Shown: positions 1-9,649 of the stretch, piece by piece
Layout of the letters: every line of letters starts with the position of its first letter
Numbering within the stretch: the stretch's first letter is position 1
NCBI GenBank assembly: GCA_037441705.1
Contig: JBBIRR010000066.1
Location: forward strand, 1-15,113
Origin: Ignavibacteriales bacterium
GTDB lineage: Bacteria > Bacteroidota > Ignavibacteria > UBA10030 > UBA6906
DNA: 15,113 bases
Reading direction: 5' to 3'
Program-made: the position numbers and the translations under genes
The notes under the pieces: model-generated
Database searches by the model: none
What the model was told of the DNA's origin: nothing
What the model saw: the letters and a program-made list of their open reading frames with translations, nothing else

Positions 1-330
1 TTTCCCCGCCGTTGCATGAATATCAATCCCCAATCGTCCGATGCTGCTCTTGCCTTCGAGGAACGGAACATGCGCATGCGTTTCCGTGTACTCCTCCGTC
101 ACGCCGAGATAAAGACGGTGAGGCAGGAGTATCAAACCGTCTTCAGGAATTTCGAGATACTCAACCTCGTTGTGCAGCTTCGCATCCAGAATATCGCTCT
201 TGTATGTTGCAAGCCATTTGCCGAGATGCACGTCGTAGGAGTTCGAGCCGAGGTACTTCCGCTCGAACGGCGAGATGACGATGGTGCCTTTCTCCATCTC
301 TTCGAGGATGCGTTTGTCGCTGAGGATCAT
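1..330 (-). CDS. dcd: dCTP deaminase, N-terminal 110 codons (runs off window start; absent from ORF track)
   Basis: Hand translation from ATG at 330: MILSDKRILEEMEKGTIVISPFERKYLGSNSYDVHLG...LYLGVTEEYTETHAHVPFLEGKSSIGRLGIDIHATAGK. MILSD, SYDVHLG and EGKSSIGRLG are characteristic dCTP deaminase motifs. Confidence 0.95.
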   Translation of the reverse strand, partial: MILSDKRILEEMEKGTIVISPFERKYLGSNSYDVHLGKWLATYKSDILDAKLHNEVEYLEIPEDGLILLPHRLYLGVTEEYTETHAHVPFLEGKSSIGRLGIDIHATAGK

Positions 331-363
331 GCGGGGATGGCCAATGGAATTGTGGTTATAGTC

Positions 364-588
364 ATGCTTAATTTAGAAAATTCCCTGCGAAAAGCCATCG
401 ATGATCGATTCTTGAAGAGCATCGAGATACTCTATGGCGACAAGGGAATTGAAATCTCTGTTGATGAGATGGACGAAACGGAGTATCTTCTTCGGTCGCC
501 TGAAAACAAACGACGGTTACTTGCAGCTCTCGACAACGTAGAACACAATCGCAAGTTGGTGATTCCTGATCGAAACCTGTTCAGGTGA
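364..588 (+). pseudogene. YefM/Phd-like antitoxin, orphan and possibly truncated (74 aa)
   Basis: IEISVDEMDETEYLLRSPENKRRLLAALDNVE resembles the YefM C-terminal ETxYLLxSPxNxxRL motif. No recognisable toxin follows. The start lies only 33 bp from the divergent dcd start and has no clear RBS. Confidence 0.6.
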
Positions 589-696
589 AGCGCTTCTCTC
601 ACCCGCCAATCTGCAGGCATGAGTACGAGTGCAAATGCACATACGCGTTGATTCGCGCGCATTTGCGGTTATGCAATATTGAGCATTACCTGAGAT

Positions 697-719
697 GTAA
701 ATTTGCATTGCATATTTAC
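697..719. promoter_or_regulatory. Imperfect 23-bp palindrome, candidate transcription-factor operator upstream of the aminotransferase
   Basis: GTAAATTTGCA-T-TGCATATTTAC has 11-bp arms with one mismatched pair and sits in AT-rich intergenic DNA. Confidence 0.35.
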
Positions 720-886
720 TACTCTGACGTAGGAATGCAATCCCCATCCCCCTTGTATTATCAATTTCGGGAATCCCTCCATTGAAAATCCCCCGAAATG
801 AGCCATTTCAAGCCTTTTCCTCTGGCATTGAATCTGCGAAGCCCACCATGGCGCACTCCCCAATGCGATTTTCAAAGGAACCCCTC

Positions 887-2104
887 ATGAGCATCAGCAA
901 ACTTGCACGAGCAATTGCCCCCTCACCTACACTGGCACTGAACGAGGAAGCACGCATTCTGCGCGAGAAAGGCGAAGCCGTTGTTCATCTCGGCGCGGGC
1001 GAGCCGAAGAACAAAGCGCCCATCAGTGCAATCCTGAGCGCTGCCGCCAAGCTCAACACCGGCGACATCAAGTACACGCCGACCGAAGGAACACCGGGAC
1101 TGCGCAAGGCGATCATCAAATACACAGAAGAGAATTACGATCGCGTCGTTGCGCCGGAGAATGTTCTCGTCTCCGCGGGAGCGAAGCAGGCTCTCTACAA
1201 TCTTCTCGTCACGCTCGTCAATCCGCAGGACGAAGTGATTGTGCTCGCGCCGTATTGGGTAAGCTATCCGGAGATGATCAAGATGGTGTACGGCATTCCC
1301 GTCATCGTCACGCCGGAAGACGGCGGCTTCTATCCGCGCATGCAGGAGATCGAGCGCACCGTCAGCTCGTACACGAAGGCGATCATCGTTAACAGTCCCA
1401 ACAATCCCTCGGGTGTGATGTATCCCGAGTCGTTCATCGCCGAGATTGTCGCGTTCTGCGAACGCAAAGGCATCTACCTCATCATGGACGACATCTACCA
1501 CAAGCTTGTCTTCGATGGGCGGCAGCCGATCTCGGCATACAAATTCACCACCAAAGATATCGAGAACACGAAAGTCATCGTCATCAACGGCATCTCGAAG
1601 CTGTACGGCATGACGGGCTTCCGCATCGGCTGGACGATTGCGCCGAAGGCGATTACGGAAGTTCTGGCGAACGTGCAGTCGCAGACGGTCTCATGCACTT
1701 CTCTCTTATTGCAGGCAGCAGCCGAAGGCGCGCTCACAGGACTGCAGAGCCACGTCGATGCGTTGCGCATGACGCTCGAGAACAACCGCAACGTGATGAT
1801 GCAGGAGCTGAAGTCGTTCAACGGCGTGAAGATCACGAAACCGGACGGGACGTACTACTGCCTGCCTGACTTCCGCGCATACAGCAACGATTCGGTGGGG
1901 CTGTCGAAGTTCTTGCTGAAGAAAGCGCTGGTCGTCACCGTGCCCGGCAAAGAGTTCGGGATGGAAGGACACCTGCGGCTGAGCTACGCAACGACAATCA
2001 AGGACGTGATGGAAGGCGTTGCCCGCATCAAGTGGGCGCTCGACCCGACGTCGCCCAATGAGATCTACATCGGCGAAAGAAAACTGATCAGGGATTGGCT
2101 CTAA
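887..2104 (+). CDS. aspC: PLP-dependent class I/II aminotransferase (aspartate aminotransferase-like), 405 aa
   Basis: Motifs LGAGEP, YTPTEG, GAKQAL, PYWVSY, NSPNNPSG, DDIY, SKLYGMTGFRIG (PLP lysine) and LRLSYA. AAGGAA RBS at 875-880 precedes ATG 887. The aspC assignment is by family; substrate is not proven. Confidence 0.9.
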   Translation: MSISKLARAIAPSPTLALNEEARILREKGEAVVHLGAGEPKNKAPISAILSAAAKLNTGDIKYTPTEGTPGLRKAIIKYTEENYDRVVAPENVLVSAGAKQALYNLLVTLVNPQDEVIVLAPYWVSYPEMIKMVYGIPVIVTPEDGGFYPRMQEIERTVSSYTKAIIVNSPNNPSGVMYPESFIAEIVAFCERKGIYLIMDDIYHKLVFDGRQPISAYKFTTKDIENTKVIVINGISKLYGMTGFRIGWTIAPKAITEVLANVQSQTVSCTSLLLQAAAEGALTGLQSHVDALRMTLENNRNVMMQELKSFNGVKITKPDGTYYCLPDFRAYSNDSVGLSKFLLKKALVVTVPGKEFGMEGHLRLSYATTIKDVMEGVARIKWALDPTSPNEIYIGERKLIRDWL

Positions 2105-2144
2105 ACGTTGAGTGTGGCATGATCACGCAGAGTTCAACCACCGA

Positions 2145-2235
2145 CTCGAACCCCGAAGGGATTGAATGTGAATAACCAACGATGCAATCGATGGACAACC
2201 GAAAGAAAATAAGACCTCGAACCCCGAAGGGGTTC
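2145..2235. repeat. Intergenic REP-like/miniature hairpin element: 16-bp direct repeat CTCGAACCCCGAAGGG with GNA-triloop hairpins
   Basis: Repeat copies at 2145-2160 and 2216-2231. Perfect hairpin GAACCCC-GAA-GGGGTTC at 2219-2235. Central hairpin CCAACGAT-GCA-ATCGATGG at 2176-2194. Confidence 0.7.
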
Positions 2236-2267
2236 AACCCATACAGCGAAACAATTGCTGCTCAGAC

Positions 2268-3923
2268 ATGAACAACCTCCTCAACATCTCAACCCCGGCG
2301 CAAGCCGAAGCTGCGGCACTCAAAAGCGACTACGGCCTGGAAAACCACGGCCTCACGAATCTGCGTATGGCGTACTGGAATCTCCCGACCGAAGCCCTGT
2401 ATGAAGAAATCACCTTCCGCAAGGAGGCGCGCATTACACGCAACGGACCGATTGTCGCGTTCACGGGCAAGCACACCGCCCGCTCCGCCAACGACAAGTT
2501 CGTCGTGAAGGAGCCGACCACCGAAGACAAAATCTGGTGGGGACAGTACAACCGCCCGATGAGTCCCGACAAGTTCAATGATCTGTACAATCGCTTGCAG
2601 GGATTTTTGCAGGGGCGGGATGTGTTCGTGCAGGATTGCTACGCCGGCGCCGACCCGAATTACCGCATGCCTATCCGCATCATCACCGAGCTTGCGTGGC
2701 ACAGCCACTTTGCGCGGAACATGTTCATCCTGCCCAAGACGAACGAAGAGTATCGCCGCCACGTTCCCGACTTCACGGTGATCTGCGCCCCGTCGTTCAA
2801 GGGCATTCCGCAGATTGATGGAACGGCGACGAACACATTCATCGCCCTCAACTTCGCGCAGAAGCTCTGCATCATCGGCAACACGGCGTATGCAGGAGAA
2901 ATCAAGAAATCCATTTTCACGATCCTCAACTATCTCTTGCCGCTCGAAGGGGTGATGCCGATGCACTGCTCGGCAAACATGGGGAAGGACGGCGACACGG
3001 CAATCTTCTTCGGACTTTCGGGAACCGGAAAGACCACGCTTTCCGCCGACCCGAACCGCGGACTCATCGGCGACGATGAGCACGGCTGGAGCGATGAAGG
3101 CGTGTTCAACTTTGAAGGAGGCTGCTACGCAAAAGTCATTCAGCTTTCGCCGGCCGCCGAGCCGCAGATTTACGCGACGACGCGGATGTTCGGCACCATT
3201 CTCGAAAACGTCCCCTTCGATCCGGTCACCCGCGTGATCGATCTCGACGACGAATCCATCACCGAAAACACCCGCGCTTCGTATCCGCTCGAGTACATCA
3301 GCAACGCTGTGCCGGAGAAGATGGGCGGGCATCCGAAGAATATCATCCTTCTCACTTGCGACGCGTCGGGCGTCATGCCGCCGATTGCGAAGCTCACGCC
3401 CGAACAGGCGATGTATCAGTTCATTTCGGGCTACACATCAAAGATCGCCGGAACGGAAGTGGGGTTGGGCAAAGAGCCGGAGATGACGTTCAGCGCGTGT
3501 TTTGGCGGACCGTTCATGGTGCATCATCCGTATTTCTATGCCAATCTCTTGAAGCGAAAGATTTTGCGCCACGGCGTGCACTGCTGGCTCGTCAACACCG
3601 GCTGGATCGGCGGGCCGTACGGGATCGGCAAACGCATCAGCATCAAGTACACCCGTGCATTGCTCAACGCTGCACTGAGCGGCAAGCTGTTGGGTGTGAA
3701 GTACTGCAGCGATCCTGTCTTCGGCTTCGAGGTTCCGCAACATTGTGAGAACGTACCTGCAAGCGTCCTCAATCCCGCGGAGTCGTGGAGCAACAAAGAG
3801 GAGTACATGCGTCGCTACAAGGACCTTGCTGCACGCTTCATCGAAAACTTCAAGAAGTTCGAAGACGGTTGTCCACCGGAGGTAATTGCCGCGGGACCGA
3901 AGAAAGAGCCGTTGCCCAGGTAA
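2268..3923 (+). CDS. pckA: Phosphoenolpyruvate carboxykinase (ATP), 551 aa
   Basis: Motifs TGKHTARS, YAGEIKKSIF, MHCSAN, FFGLSGTGKTTLS (P-loop), LIGDDEHGW, FNFEGGCYAK, ENTRASYP and LVNTGW. Confidence 0.98.
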   Translation: MNNLLNISTPAQAEAAALKSDYGLENHGLTNLRMAYWNLPTEALYEEITFRKEARITRNGPIVAFTGKHTARSANDKFVVKEPTTEDKIWWGQYNRPMSPDKFNDLYNRLQGFLQGRDVFVQDCYAGADPNYRMPIRIITELAWHSHFARNMFILPKTNEEYRRHVPDFTVICAPSFKGIPQIDGTATNTFIALNFAQKLCIIGNTAYAGEIKKSIFTILNYLLPLEGVMPMHCSANMGKDGDTAIFFGLSGTGKTTLSADPNRGLIGDDEHGWSDEGVFNFEGGCYAKVIQLSPAAEPQIYATTRMFGTILENVPFDPVTRVIDLDDESITENTRASYPLEYISNAVPEKMGGHPKNIILLTCDASGVMPPIAKLTPEQAMYQFISGYTSKIAGTEVGLGKEPEMTFSACFGGPFMVHHPYFYANLLKRKILRHGVHCWLVNTGWIGGPYGIGKRISIKYTRALLNAALSGKLLGVKYCSDPVFGFEVPQHCENVPASVLNPAESWSNKEEYMRRYKDLAARFIENFKKFEDGCPPEVIAAGPKKEPLPR

Positions 3924-3949
3924 TACCGTTACGCCTCCTCCACTTCCAT

Positions 3950-5248
3950 CTAATGCGGCGAGAGGGCGAAGAAGAGCAAGGAGAGCGCGGCCAACACCCA
4001 CATTCCCGCGCGCACTTCCTTCACTCTACCCGTCAGCACTTTGAACAGCGGATACGTCACAAAACCCGCCGTCATCCCGACGCCGATGTTGAAGGTGAAG
4101 ACCATCAGCATGATCGTCACGAAGGCCGGCACCAGTTCCGTGTAGTCGTTGAACGGGATGTTTCTGATCGGTTCAACCATCAGCAAGCCGACGATGATAA
4201 GCGCGGGCCCGTACGCATGCGCCGGCACAACGACGAACAACGGCGTGAAGAACAGCGCAAGAAGAAAAAGCAGCGCAACAACCACCGATGTGAAGCCCGT
4301 CCGTCCGCCGCTCTCGATGCCCGCCGCTGATTCGATGTACGCTCCCGTTGTGGTCGTTCCAAGCAGCGCGGCCACAGACGTGGCGACAGCATCGGTCAGC
4401 ATCGGTTTTTCGATTTCGGGGAGATTGCCGTTCTCATCCAAAAGATTCGCCCGGACGGAAAGTCCGTACAGCGTTGCAAGCGTATCCACAAACACCATCA
4501 CGAAGACGGTAAGGATGACCGGCAGCATGCCCCACTGCAGCGCCCCGCGAAAGTCCAGCTGCAGCGCGATCGTGTCGATACCCGCCGGTACGCTAAGAAG
4601 ATGCTCGGGCAGAGGAGTAATGCCCAGGACGATTGACACCACCGTGATCACAAGCATGCTCACAATGATGGCCGCGCGTACCTTCTTCATCATGAGCCAC
4701 GCAGTCAACAGAAAGCCGGCAATGGCAAGCAGCACGCTCGGATGACGAATGTCGCCCATCTTCACCGGCGCACCTGCAACACCAAGCGTTACAATCCCCG
4801 TCTCATTCAATCCGATGAACGCAAGAAACAACCCGATACCGACGGCAAAACTTTGCTTGAGCGAAGCGGGCAGGGCTTCCGCTAAATACTGCCGCACGCC
4901 GACAAGTGTGAGAAGGGCAAACAACACGCCGCTGATGAACACCGCCGCAAGCGCCGCCTGCCATGCGTAGCCCAGCACGCCCACAACCGTGAACGCGATG
5001 AACGCATTCTCGCCCATCAACGGGGCTACGGCAAACGGACGTTTTGCATAGACCCCCATCATCAATGTCCCGAACGCCGCAGCAAGAATCGTTGCCGTCA
5101 CCGTCGCCGCACGAGGGATGCCGGCCGCCTCGAGAATTGCCGGATTCACTATGATAATGTACGCCATCGTCACAAACGTGGTGAGGCCCGCAAGAGCCTC
5201 GCGTGCATAGCTCGTCTGGTTCCTGTCAAACGCAAAGTAGTCGTGCAT
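3950..5248 (-). CDS. NCS2 family nucleobase permease (AzgA/PbuG-like purine permease), 432 aa
   Basis: Motifs REALAGLTTFVTMAYIIIVNPAIL, APLMGENAF, GIGLFLAFIGL and YIESAAGIESGGRTGFT in a highly hydrophobic protein. The likely start is ATG 5248 (MHDYF). Confidence 0.93.
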   Translation of the reverse strand: MHDYFAFDRNQTSYAREALAGLTTFVTMAYIIIVNPAILEAAGIPRAATVTATILAAAFGTLMMGVYAKRPFAVAPLMGENAFIAFTVVGVLGYAWQAALAAVFISGVLFALLTLVGVRQYLAEALPASLKQSFAVGIGLFLAFIGLNETGIVTLGVAGAPVKMGDIRHPSVLLAIAGFLLTAWLMMKKVRAAIIVSMLVITVVSIVLGITPLPEHLLSVPAGIDTIALQLDFRGALQWGMLPVILTVFVMVFVDTLATLYGLSVRANLLDENGNLPEIEKPMLTDAVATSVAALLGTTTTGAYIESAAGIESGGRTGFTSVVVALLFLLALFFTPLFVVVPAHAYGPALIIVGLLMVEPIRNIPFNDYTELVPAFVTIMLMVFTFNIGVGMTAGFVTYPLFKVLTGRVKEVRAGMWVLAALSLLFFALSPH

Positions 5249-5354
5249 GAGAGTTGTGGTAGAAGTGAGCGGGATGGAAAATCTCGTCCGCCACAATATA
5301 CAAACCAATCGGAGAAGTTTCCTGAGGAAGGATGTTGAGTGTGTAAAGAATTCG

Positions 5355-5397
5355 AAGGCTTCCTTCCTCCTGCACGTGTCAGGAAGAAGGAAACCTT
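5355..5397 (-). terminator. 18-bp RNA hairpin just downstream of the 5408-6346 gene (terminator or stabiliser)
   Basis: Minus-strand RNA reads AAGGUUUCCUUCUUCCUG-ACACGUG-CAGGAGGAAGGAAGCCUU. Both non-Watson-Crick positions are G-U wobbles only on the minus strand. The U-tract is weak (CGAAUUCUUU). Confidence 0.6.
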
Positions 5398-5407
5398 GTA
5401 CTGCGCG

Positions 5408-6346
5408 CTACGGCCTCTCCCGCTCCACCTGAAGCTTCTGTATCCACCGGGAGACCGCTTCGTCGGTTGCATTCCGTGAAAGCGCAAGAAGCTCATCAAC
5501 GTAACCTACGATCAGTCGCTGAGCGCCTAAGAGCAAACGCTTGTTCTCCGCGTTCCTTGCTTGCTCGCCGTAGCCGGCGTCGGCAAGTTTCTGTTGAAGG
5601 CGAGCGTAGCGTGACTTCAGTTCTGCGCGTCGAGCAGCCCAGGTCTTCACAAGTTCCTTCAGGTACTCATTCTCCACCGCGATGTGCTTTTCCATCGTCT
5701 TTGTCCTCAGTGCATGCACCGCTTTCGCGTCCTTGAATTTTCCCGCTTCGCTGTAGTCAACCCAGGGCAGCTTATCCACCTCGGCGGCAAGCCACGCAGC
5801 AACCTCCCGATGCTTGCGATCTCGCTCTCGGGGGAGGGCGGAGTTCTTTTCTGCAATCGCTGCCGCGCGTTGCATCTCGTCCGCCACAACGGCGTTGACG
5901 CGATGGTACTCATCCAGAGCATCCTGCACCGCGCCTGACTCTGGAGTGAGCGCTTTGGGACCAAGGTTCGTCTGCTGCATCATCTTCATGGCATACTGCA
6001 TCTTCTCTGCGTCGCTCATTGTGGCCATGGTCTTTTGCATCTCTTCTGGATTGACGTTGCCCATCGCCGTTGCTGCTGGCATCGTGAGCATCGCCTCGGC
6101 CTCCTGAAATCGGTTGCCAAGAGCTGCAAGCTTGTCCGTGATCGTTGCATAGAATGCCTTCGAGTCGCAGCGATACTGGTCGCCGTTGACCGAGCATTCG
6201 GCGCGAGCATACGCCTCGACCACAGTGGCGGGCGGAGCAGGCACGTACTCATAGTACTCCAGCACGTTCACCGGCACGCTTGTCTGCCCGGATATGGTTA
6301 GCGGAAGAATGAGAACGGCAAACATCGCTTTGCAGAACGAAATCAT
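5408..6346 (-). CDS. Secreted hypothetical protein, 312 aa, predicted mostly alpha-helical
   Basis: GGAGG RBS lies 4 nt before ATG 6346. The N-terminus is signal-peptide-like (MISFCKAMFAVLILPLTISG-QTSV), followed by a Met-rich central segment and coiled-coil-like helices. Confidence 0.8.
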   Translation of the reverse strand: MISFCKAMFAVLILPLTISGQTSVPVNVLEYYEYVPAPPATVVEAYARAECSVNGDQYRCDSKAFYATITDKLAALGNRFQEAEAMLTMPAATAMGNVNPEEMQKTMATMSDAEKMQYAMKMMQQTNLGPKALTPESGAVQDALDEYHRVNAVVADEMQRAAAIAEKNSALPRERDRKHREVAAWLAAEVDKLPWVDYSEAGKFKDAKAVHALRTKTMEKHIAVENEYLKELVKTWAARRAELKSRYARLQQKLADAGYGEQARNAENKRLLLGAQRLIVGYVDELLALSRNATDEAVSRWIQKLQVERERP

Positions 6347-6589
6347 GGCACCTCCAGCGGGATTGTGGAAAGATACAGTGGTTGCTGGTCTTGTACGCAC
6401 GATGGTACGAAGAAAACCCCACATGATGATGTGGGGGAGAGATCTAGATCGAAAGGTGGACTCCACTGAGCTTCAATCAAGAACTCGTTGCCTCTTCTTA
6501 GCCTCATCGTTATCTTTCGAGGGCATGGGGGAAACTTGCCGACACGGCAGGCGAGAATCTATCAATCAGCTCATCTATCCGGACCCGTC

Positions 6590-9500
6590 ATGGATCAACC
6601 ACTCAACACCATTCTCGACAACCGCGATTCCAACACCGTTCTCGAAGCGCTCAAGAAACTCCTTCCCGAATCCCGAACGCTCGACGTTGCCACCGGCACC
6701 TTCGAAATCGGTTCGCTGCTCGCACTGGATTCTTACTGGAATGGCCTCGAGCAACTCCGGATTCTCATGGGCGACGAAACCACGAAGCGAACTCGCACGG
6801 AGTTGGTGGAGAACCTCCGGCTGGCAAGTGAGGAAAGCATCGAGCGAGAAAAGGAACGGGACGACTCGCTGCGCGGGTTGGAAGCGGTTCGAAACGCGCT
6901 GCAGAGTGGTATGATGCAAGCAAAAGTCTACACCCGCGCGAAGTTCCACTCCAAAGCTATGCTCATGAAGATGAAGCCGCCCCACCTCTCGAACTACGGC
7001 ATTATCGGATCGAGCAACTTTACCGAGCCCGGACTCTGCCGCAACGTCGAGCTGAATCTGCTCACCACCGAGCAACACCAATTGAAGGCGCTGTGGGATT
7101 GGTATGAGCAGCACTGGCAGGAAGCGGAAGAAGTGAAGGCTGAACTGCTCAGAGTGATTGAACCTCACCTCAAGTTGTATTCACCGTTCGACGTCTATGC
7201 GAAAGCGCTGTACGAGTACTTCGCCGGCAAAGAACTTCCGGCTACAACGTGGGAGGAGAGCGAATCCAAAATCTATCTGATGCTCGATGAACTGCAGCGG
7301 CGTGGGTATCGGCAGGCGCTGAAGATTGCCGCCGAGTGGGGCGGCGCGCTCATCTGCGACGGGGTTGGCTTCGGAAAAACATACATCGGATTGATGCTGA
7401 TCGAGCGCTTCTTGCACGAGCGGAAGCGTATTGCTTTGGTTGTCCCCAAGTCTGCACGCGAGAGCGTGTGGGAAAATCGTCTGAAACGATTCTTCAACTA
7501 CAAGCGCGGCAGAGGATTCTCAACGCAGATCATCGTCCTCAACCATACCGATCTTCCACGAGAGAGCGAAGATATTCAGGAAGACCTCCGCAGCATCAAA
7601 GAAGAAGCCGACGTCATTATCGTGGACGAGGCGCATCACTTCCGCACACTGAGCGCACAGCGCAGCGAGAAACTGTTTGATCTGATCGATCACAACAACA
7701 AAAGAAAGCAAGTATTCCTCATCACCGCCACACCGGTGAACAACTCGCTCTTCGACCTTCTCCACCTCATGGAGTATTTTACCGGTAAGGATCGCGCGTA
7801 TTTCCAGAAGTTGGGCATCAACGATACGCGCACGCACTTTGTCCGCTTGGAGAAAGCGGTTGAAGTGAAGATCGAGGCGGCGTCCTCGCGCAACGGCGAG
7901 GAACAACTCTTTCCTGAGGAAATTCTTGCCGAAGCGGAGCGAACACTGCGCGACGACAAACTCTTCCAGCATATCGTCATCCAGCGGAGTCGCAGTTACG
8001 CGCGGGATTTTTTCTGTCGCGAAGGCTCGGACGGCTTCTATTTTCCCGAACGTCTGCCTCCCACCGTTGCTGAGTACCAATTGGCAAAAGTGTACGGCGA
8101 ACTGTTCGACAGCATCAAGTCCGCCTTTAGTAAAGAAAAGCCATTTGTTGACCTTGCGCTCTACAACCCGGAGAGTTACCGAAAAAACGAAAGCATGATT
8201 CGGCCCGACATCCGCAACCGTGAAGTGCAGGTGATTACACTCATCCGGGCCACGCTGCTGAAGCGGATGGAATCATCCTACAAAGCGTTCGAAGCATCGT
8301 TGGAAGATCTCCTCCGCTCCATGGCGCGATTCTATCGACACTATGCTGCTGAAGGAGAGTGGGCGAAGTGGAAGCAAGACCATGAAGCATTGTGGCAGCG
8401 ACTTGAACAACACTGGCGTGAGCGTTTCGCCGCCGACGACGAGGTGGATGAAGTCGAAGAAGATGACATCCTGCCGCCGCCCAAGGAAGAACTCAAACCC
8501 GAAGAATTTCATCTCGATACCATTCTCGCCAGTGTTCGCCACGACATGGACGAACTCGCTGCGTTCCTTTCGTTCATCGATGAACGCCTGAGGCAAGAGA
8601 CCGATGACAAACTGCGCGCGCTTGTGGAGTTACTCAATTCAACCCACGTCAAAGGCAAGAAAGTCGTCATATTCACACAGTATCGGGACACGGCGCGCTA
8701 CCTCTACCGGCAACTGGTCGAGCGAGGATTCCAACGCGTGGAGGAGTTGGACAGCACGTCAAAGAAAGATCGGGAAACCGTCATCAAACGTTTCTCACCC
8801 TACTACAACTGCAGCGATGATGAACTCTCAGACTATCTCGCCAATCCCATCGACATTCTCATCTCCACCGATGTGCTTTCCGAAGGCTTGAACCTGCAAG
8901 ACGCCAATCTTCTGATCAATTATGATTTGCATTGGAATCCCGTCCGCCTGATGCAGCGTATCGGTCGCGTGGATCGCCGCCTCGACCCTGCCATCGAGAA
9001 GAAACTTGGGCGAGAGAAAAACGTCATCCGCTTCTGGAATTTCCTACCGCCCGACAAACTGGACGAACTGCTCGGGCTGTACAAGCGCGTCTCCGGCAAA
9101 GTGCTGCGTATCTCCAAGACGCTCGGCATCGAAGGGAAGAAATTGCTCACGCCCGAAGACGACTACGATGCGCTGCGCGACTTTAATGCCGAGTTCGAAG
9201 GCACACGCACTGCCGACGAGCGGCTGCATTTAGTGCTGACGGAGATTCTGCAAAAGTACCCCGCGCTTGCGGAGGAATTGCCTCGCCTGCCGAAGCGTCT
9301 GTTCTCCGGCAAGCGAGCGCCGGAGAAGCAGCCTTCGGGTGTGTTCGCGGCGTATCGCTTCCCTTCGCGCAAAGTCAGAGACGAGCAGGGCATCGAGCGT
9401 GACGTGCCCGGCGAATGCCGATGGTACTTCCATCGCTTTGGCACAGATGACGTGCTGGAAGACCTCGACGCCATTCACGCTATCATCGAGTCAACCCCCG

Positions 9501-9649
9501 AAACGCCGCGTGTGGTTGCAAAGACAAAAGACGAACTCCGCACGAGTCTCAAACTGATCGAACAGAAAAAAGTGAACCCCGAACTCCGCAATCGCCAGGC
9601 TCTGGCGGGTGAAAAAGCCACGCTCGTCTGCTGGATGGAGGTGGTATGA
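6590..9649 (+). CDS. N-terminal PLD-family nuclease fused to SNF2-type SF2 helicase/ATPase, 1019 aa
   Basis: PLD motif FHSK...GIIGSSNFT (His codon at 6947). Helicase motifs DGVGFGKT (I), DEAHH (II), ITATP (III), IFTQYRDT (IV), [12 protein letters not shown] (V) and [19 protein letters not shown] (VI). ATG 6590 is preferred over TTG 6488. Confidence 0.92.
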   Translation: MDQPLNTILDNRDSNTVLEALKKLLPESRTLDVATGTFEIGSLLALDSYWNGLEQLRILMGDETTKRTRTELVENLRLASEESIEREKERDDSLRGLEAVRNALQSGMMQAKVYTRAKFHSKAMLMKMKPPHLSNYGIIGSSNFTEPGLCRNVELNLLTTEQHQLKALWDWYEQHWQEAEEVKAELLRVIEPHLKLYSPFDVYAKALYEYFAGKELPATTWEESESKIYLMLDELQRRGYRQALKIAAEWGGALICDGVGFGKTYIGLMLIERFLHERKRIALVVPKSARESVWENRLKRFFNYKRGRGFSTQIIVLNHTDLPRESEDIQEDLRSIKEEADVIIVDEAHHFRTLSAQRSEKLFDLIDHNNKRKQVFLITATPVNNSLFDLLHLMEYFTGKDRAYFQKLGINDTRTHFVRLEKAVEVKIEAASSRNGEEQLFPEEILAEAERTLRDDKLFQHIVIQRSRSYARDFFCREGSDGFYFPERLPPTVAEYQLAKVYGELFDSIKSAFSKEKPFVDLALYNPESYRKNESMIRPDIRNREVQVITLIRATLLKRMESSYKAFEASLEDLLRSMARFYRHYAAEGEWAKWKQDHEALWQRLEQHWRERFAADDEVDEVEEDDILPPPKEELKPEEFHLDTILASVRHDMDELAAFLSFIDERLRQETDDKLRALVELLNSTHVKGKKVVIFTQYRDTARYLYRQLVERGFQRVEELDSTSKKDRETVIKRFSPYYNCSDDELSDYLANPIDILISTDVLSEGLNLQDANLLINYDLHWNPVRLMQRIGRVDRRLDPAIEKKLGREKNVIRFWNFLPPDKLDELLGLYKRVSGKVLRISKTLGIEGKKLLTPEDDYDALRDFNAEFEGTRTADERLHLVLTEILQKYPALAEELPRLPKRLFSGKRAPEKQPSGVFAAYRFPSRKVRDEQGIERDVPGECRWYFHRFGTDDVLEDLDAIHAIIESTPETPRVVAKTKDELRTSLKLIEQKKVNPELRNRQALAGEKATLVCWMEVV

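Noticed and set aside
16-363. 5' part of the 190-aa ORF 16..588
   Set aside because: It is the antisense shadow of dcd. Only 364-588 has protein-family signal.
585-785. 66-aa ORF as a YoeB/Txe toxin
   Set aside because: It has no RelE/YoeB-like sequence, is rich in Cys and His, and runs through AT-rich regulatory-looking DNA.
2145-2235. CRISPR mini-array
   Set aside because: There are only two 16-bp repeats, the spacer is itself structured, and no cas genes are in the window.
5249-5354. Purine riboswitch upstream of the NCS2 permease
   Set aside because: Only a CUUCUACC fragment is present, directly before the start codon. I could not find the P1-P3 architecture or the conserved loop sequences. 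An Rfam RF00167 search would settle it.
6488-6589. TTG-started N-terminal extension of the helicase; likewise the extended starts at 782, 5308 and 6466
   Set aside because: The extensions do not look domain-like. Downstream ATGs fit the family N-termini better and, for 887 and 6346, have clear RBSs.
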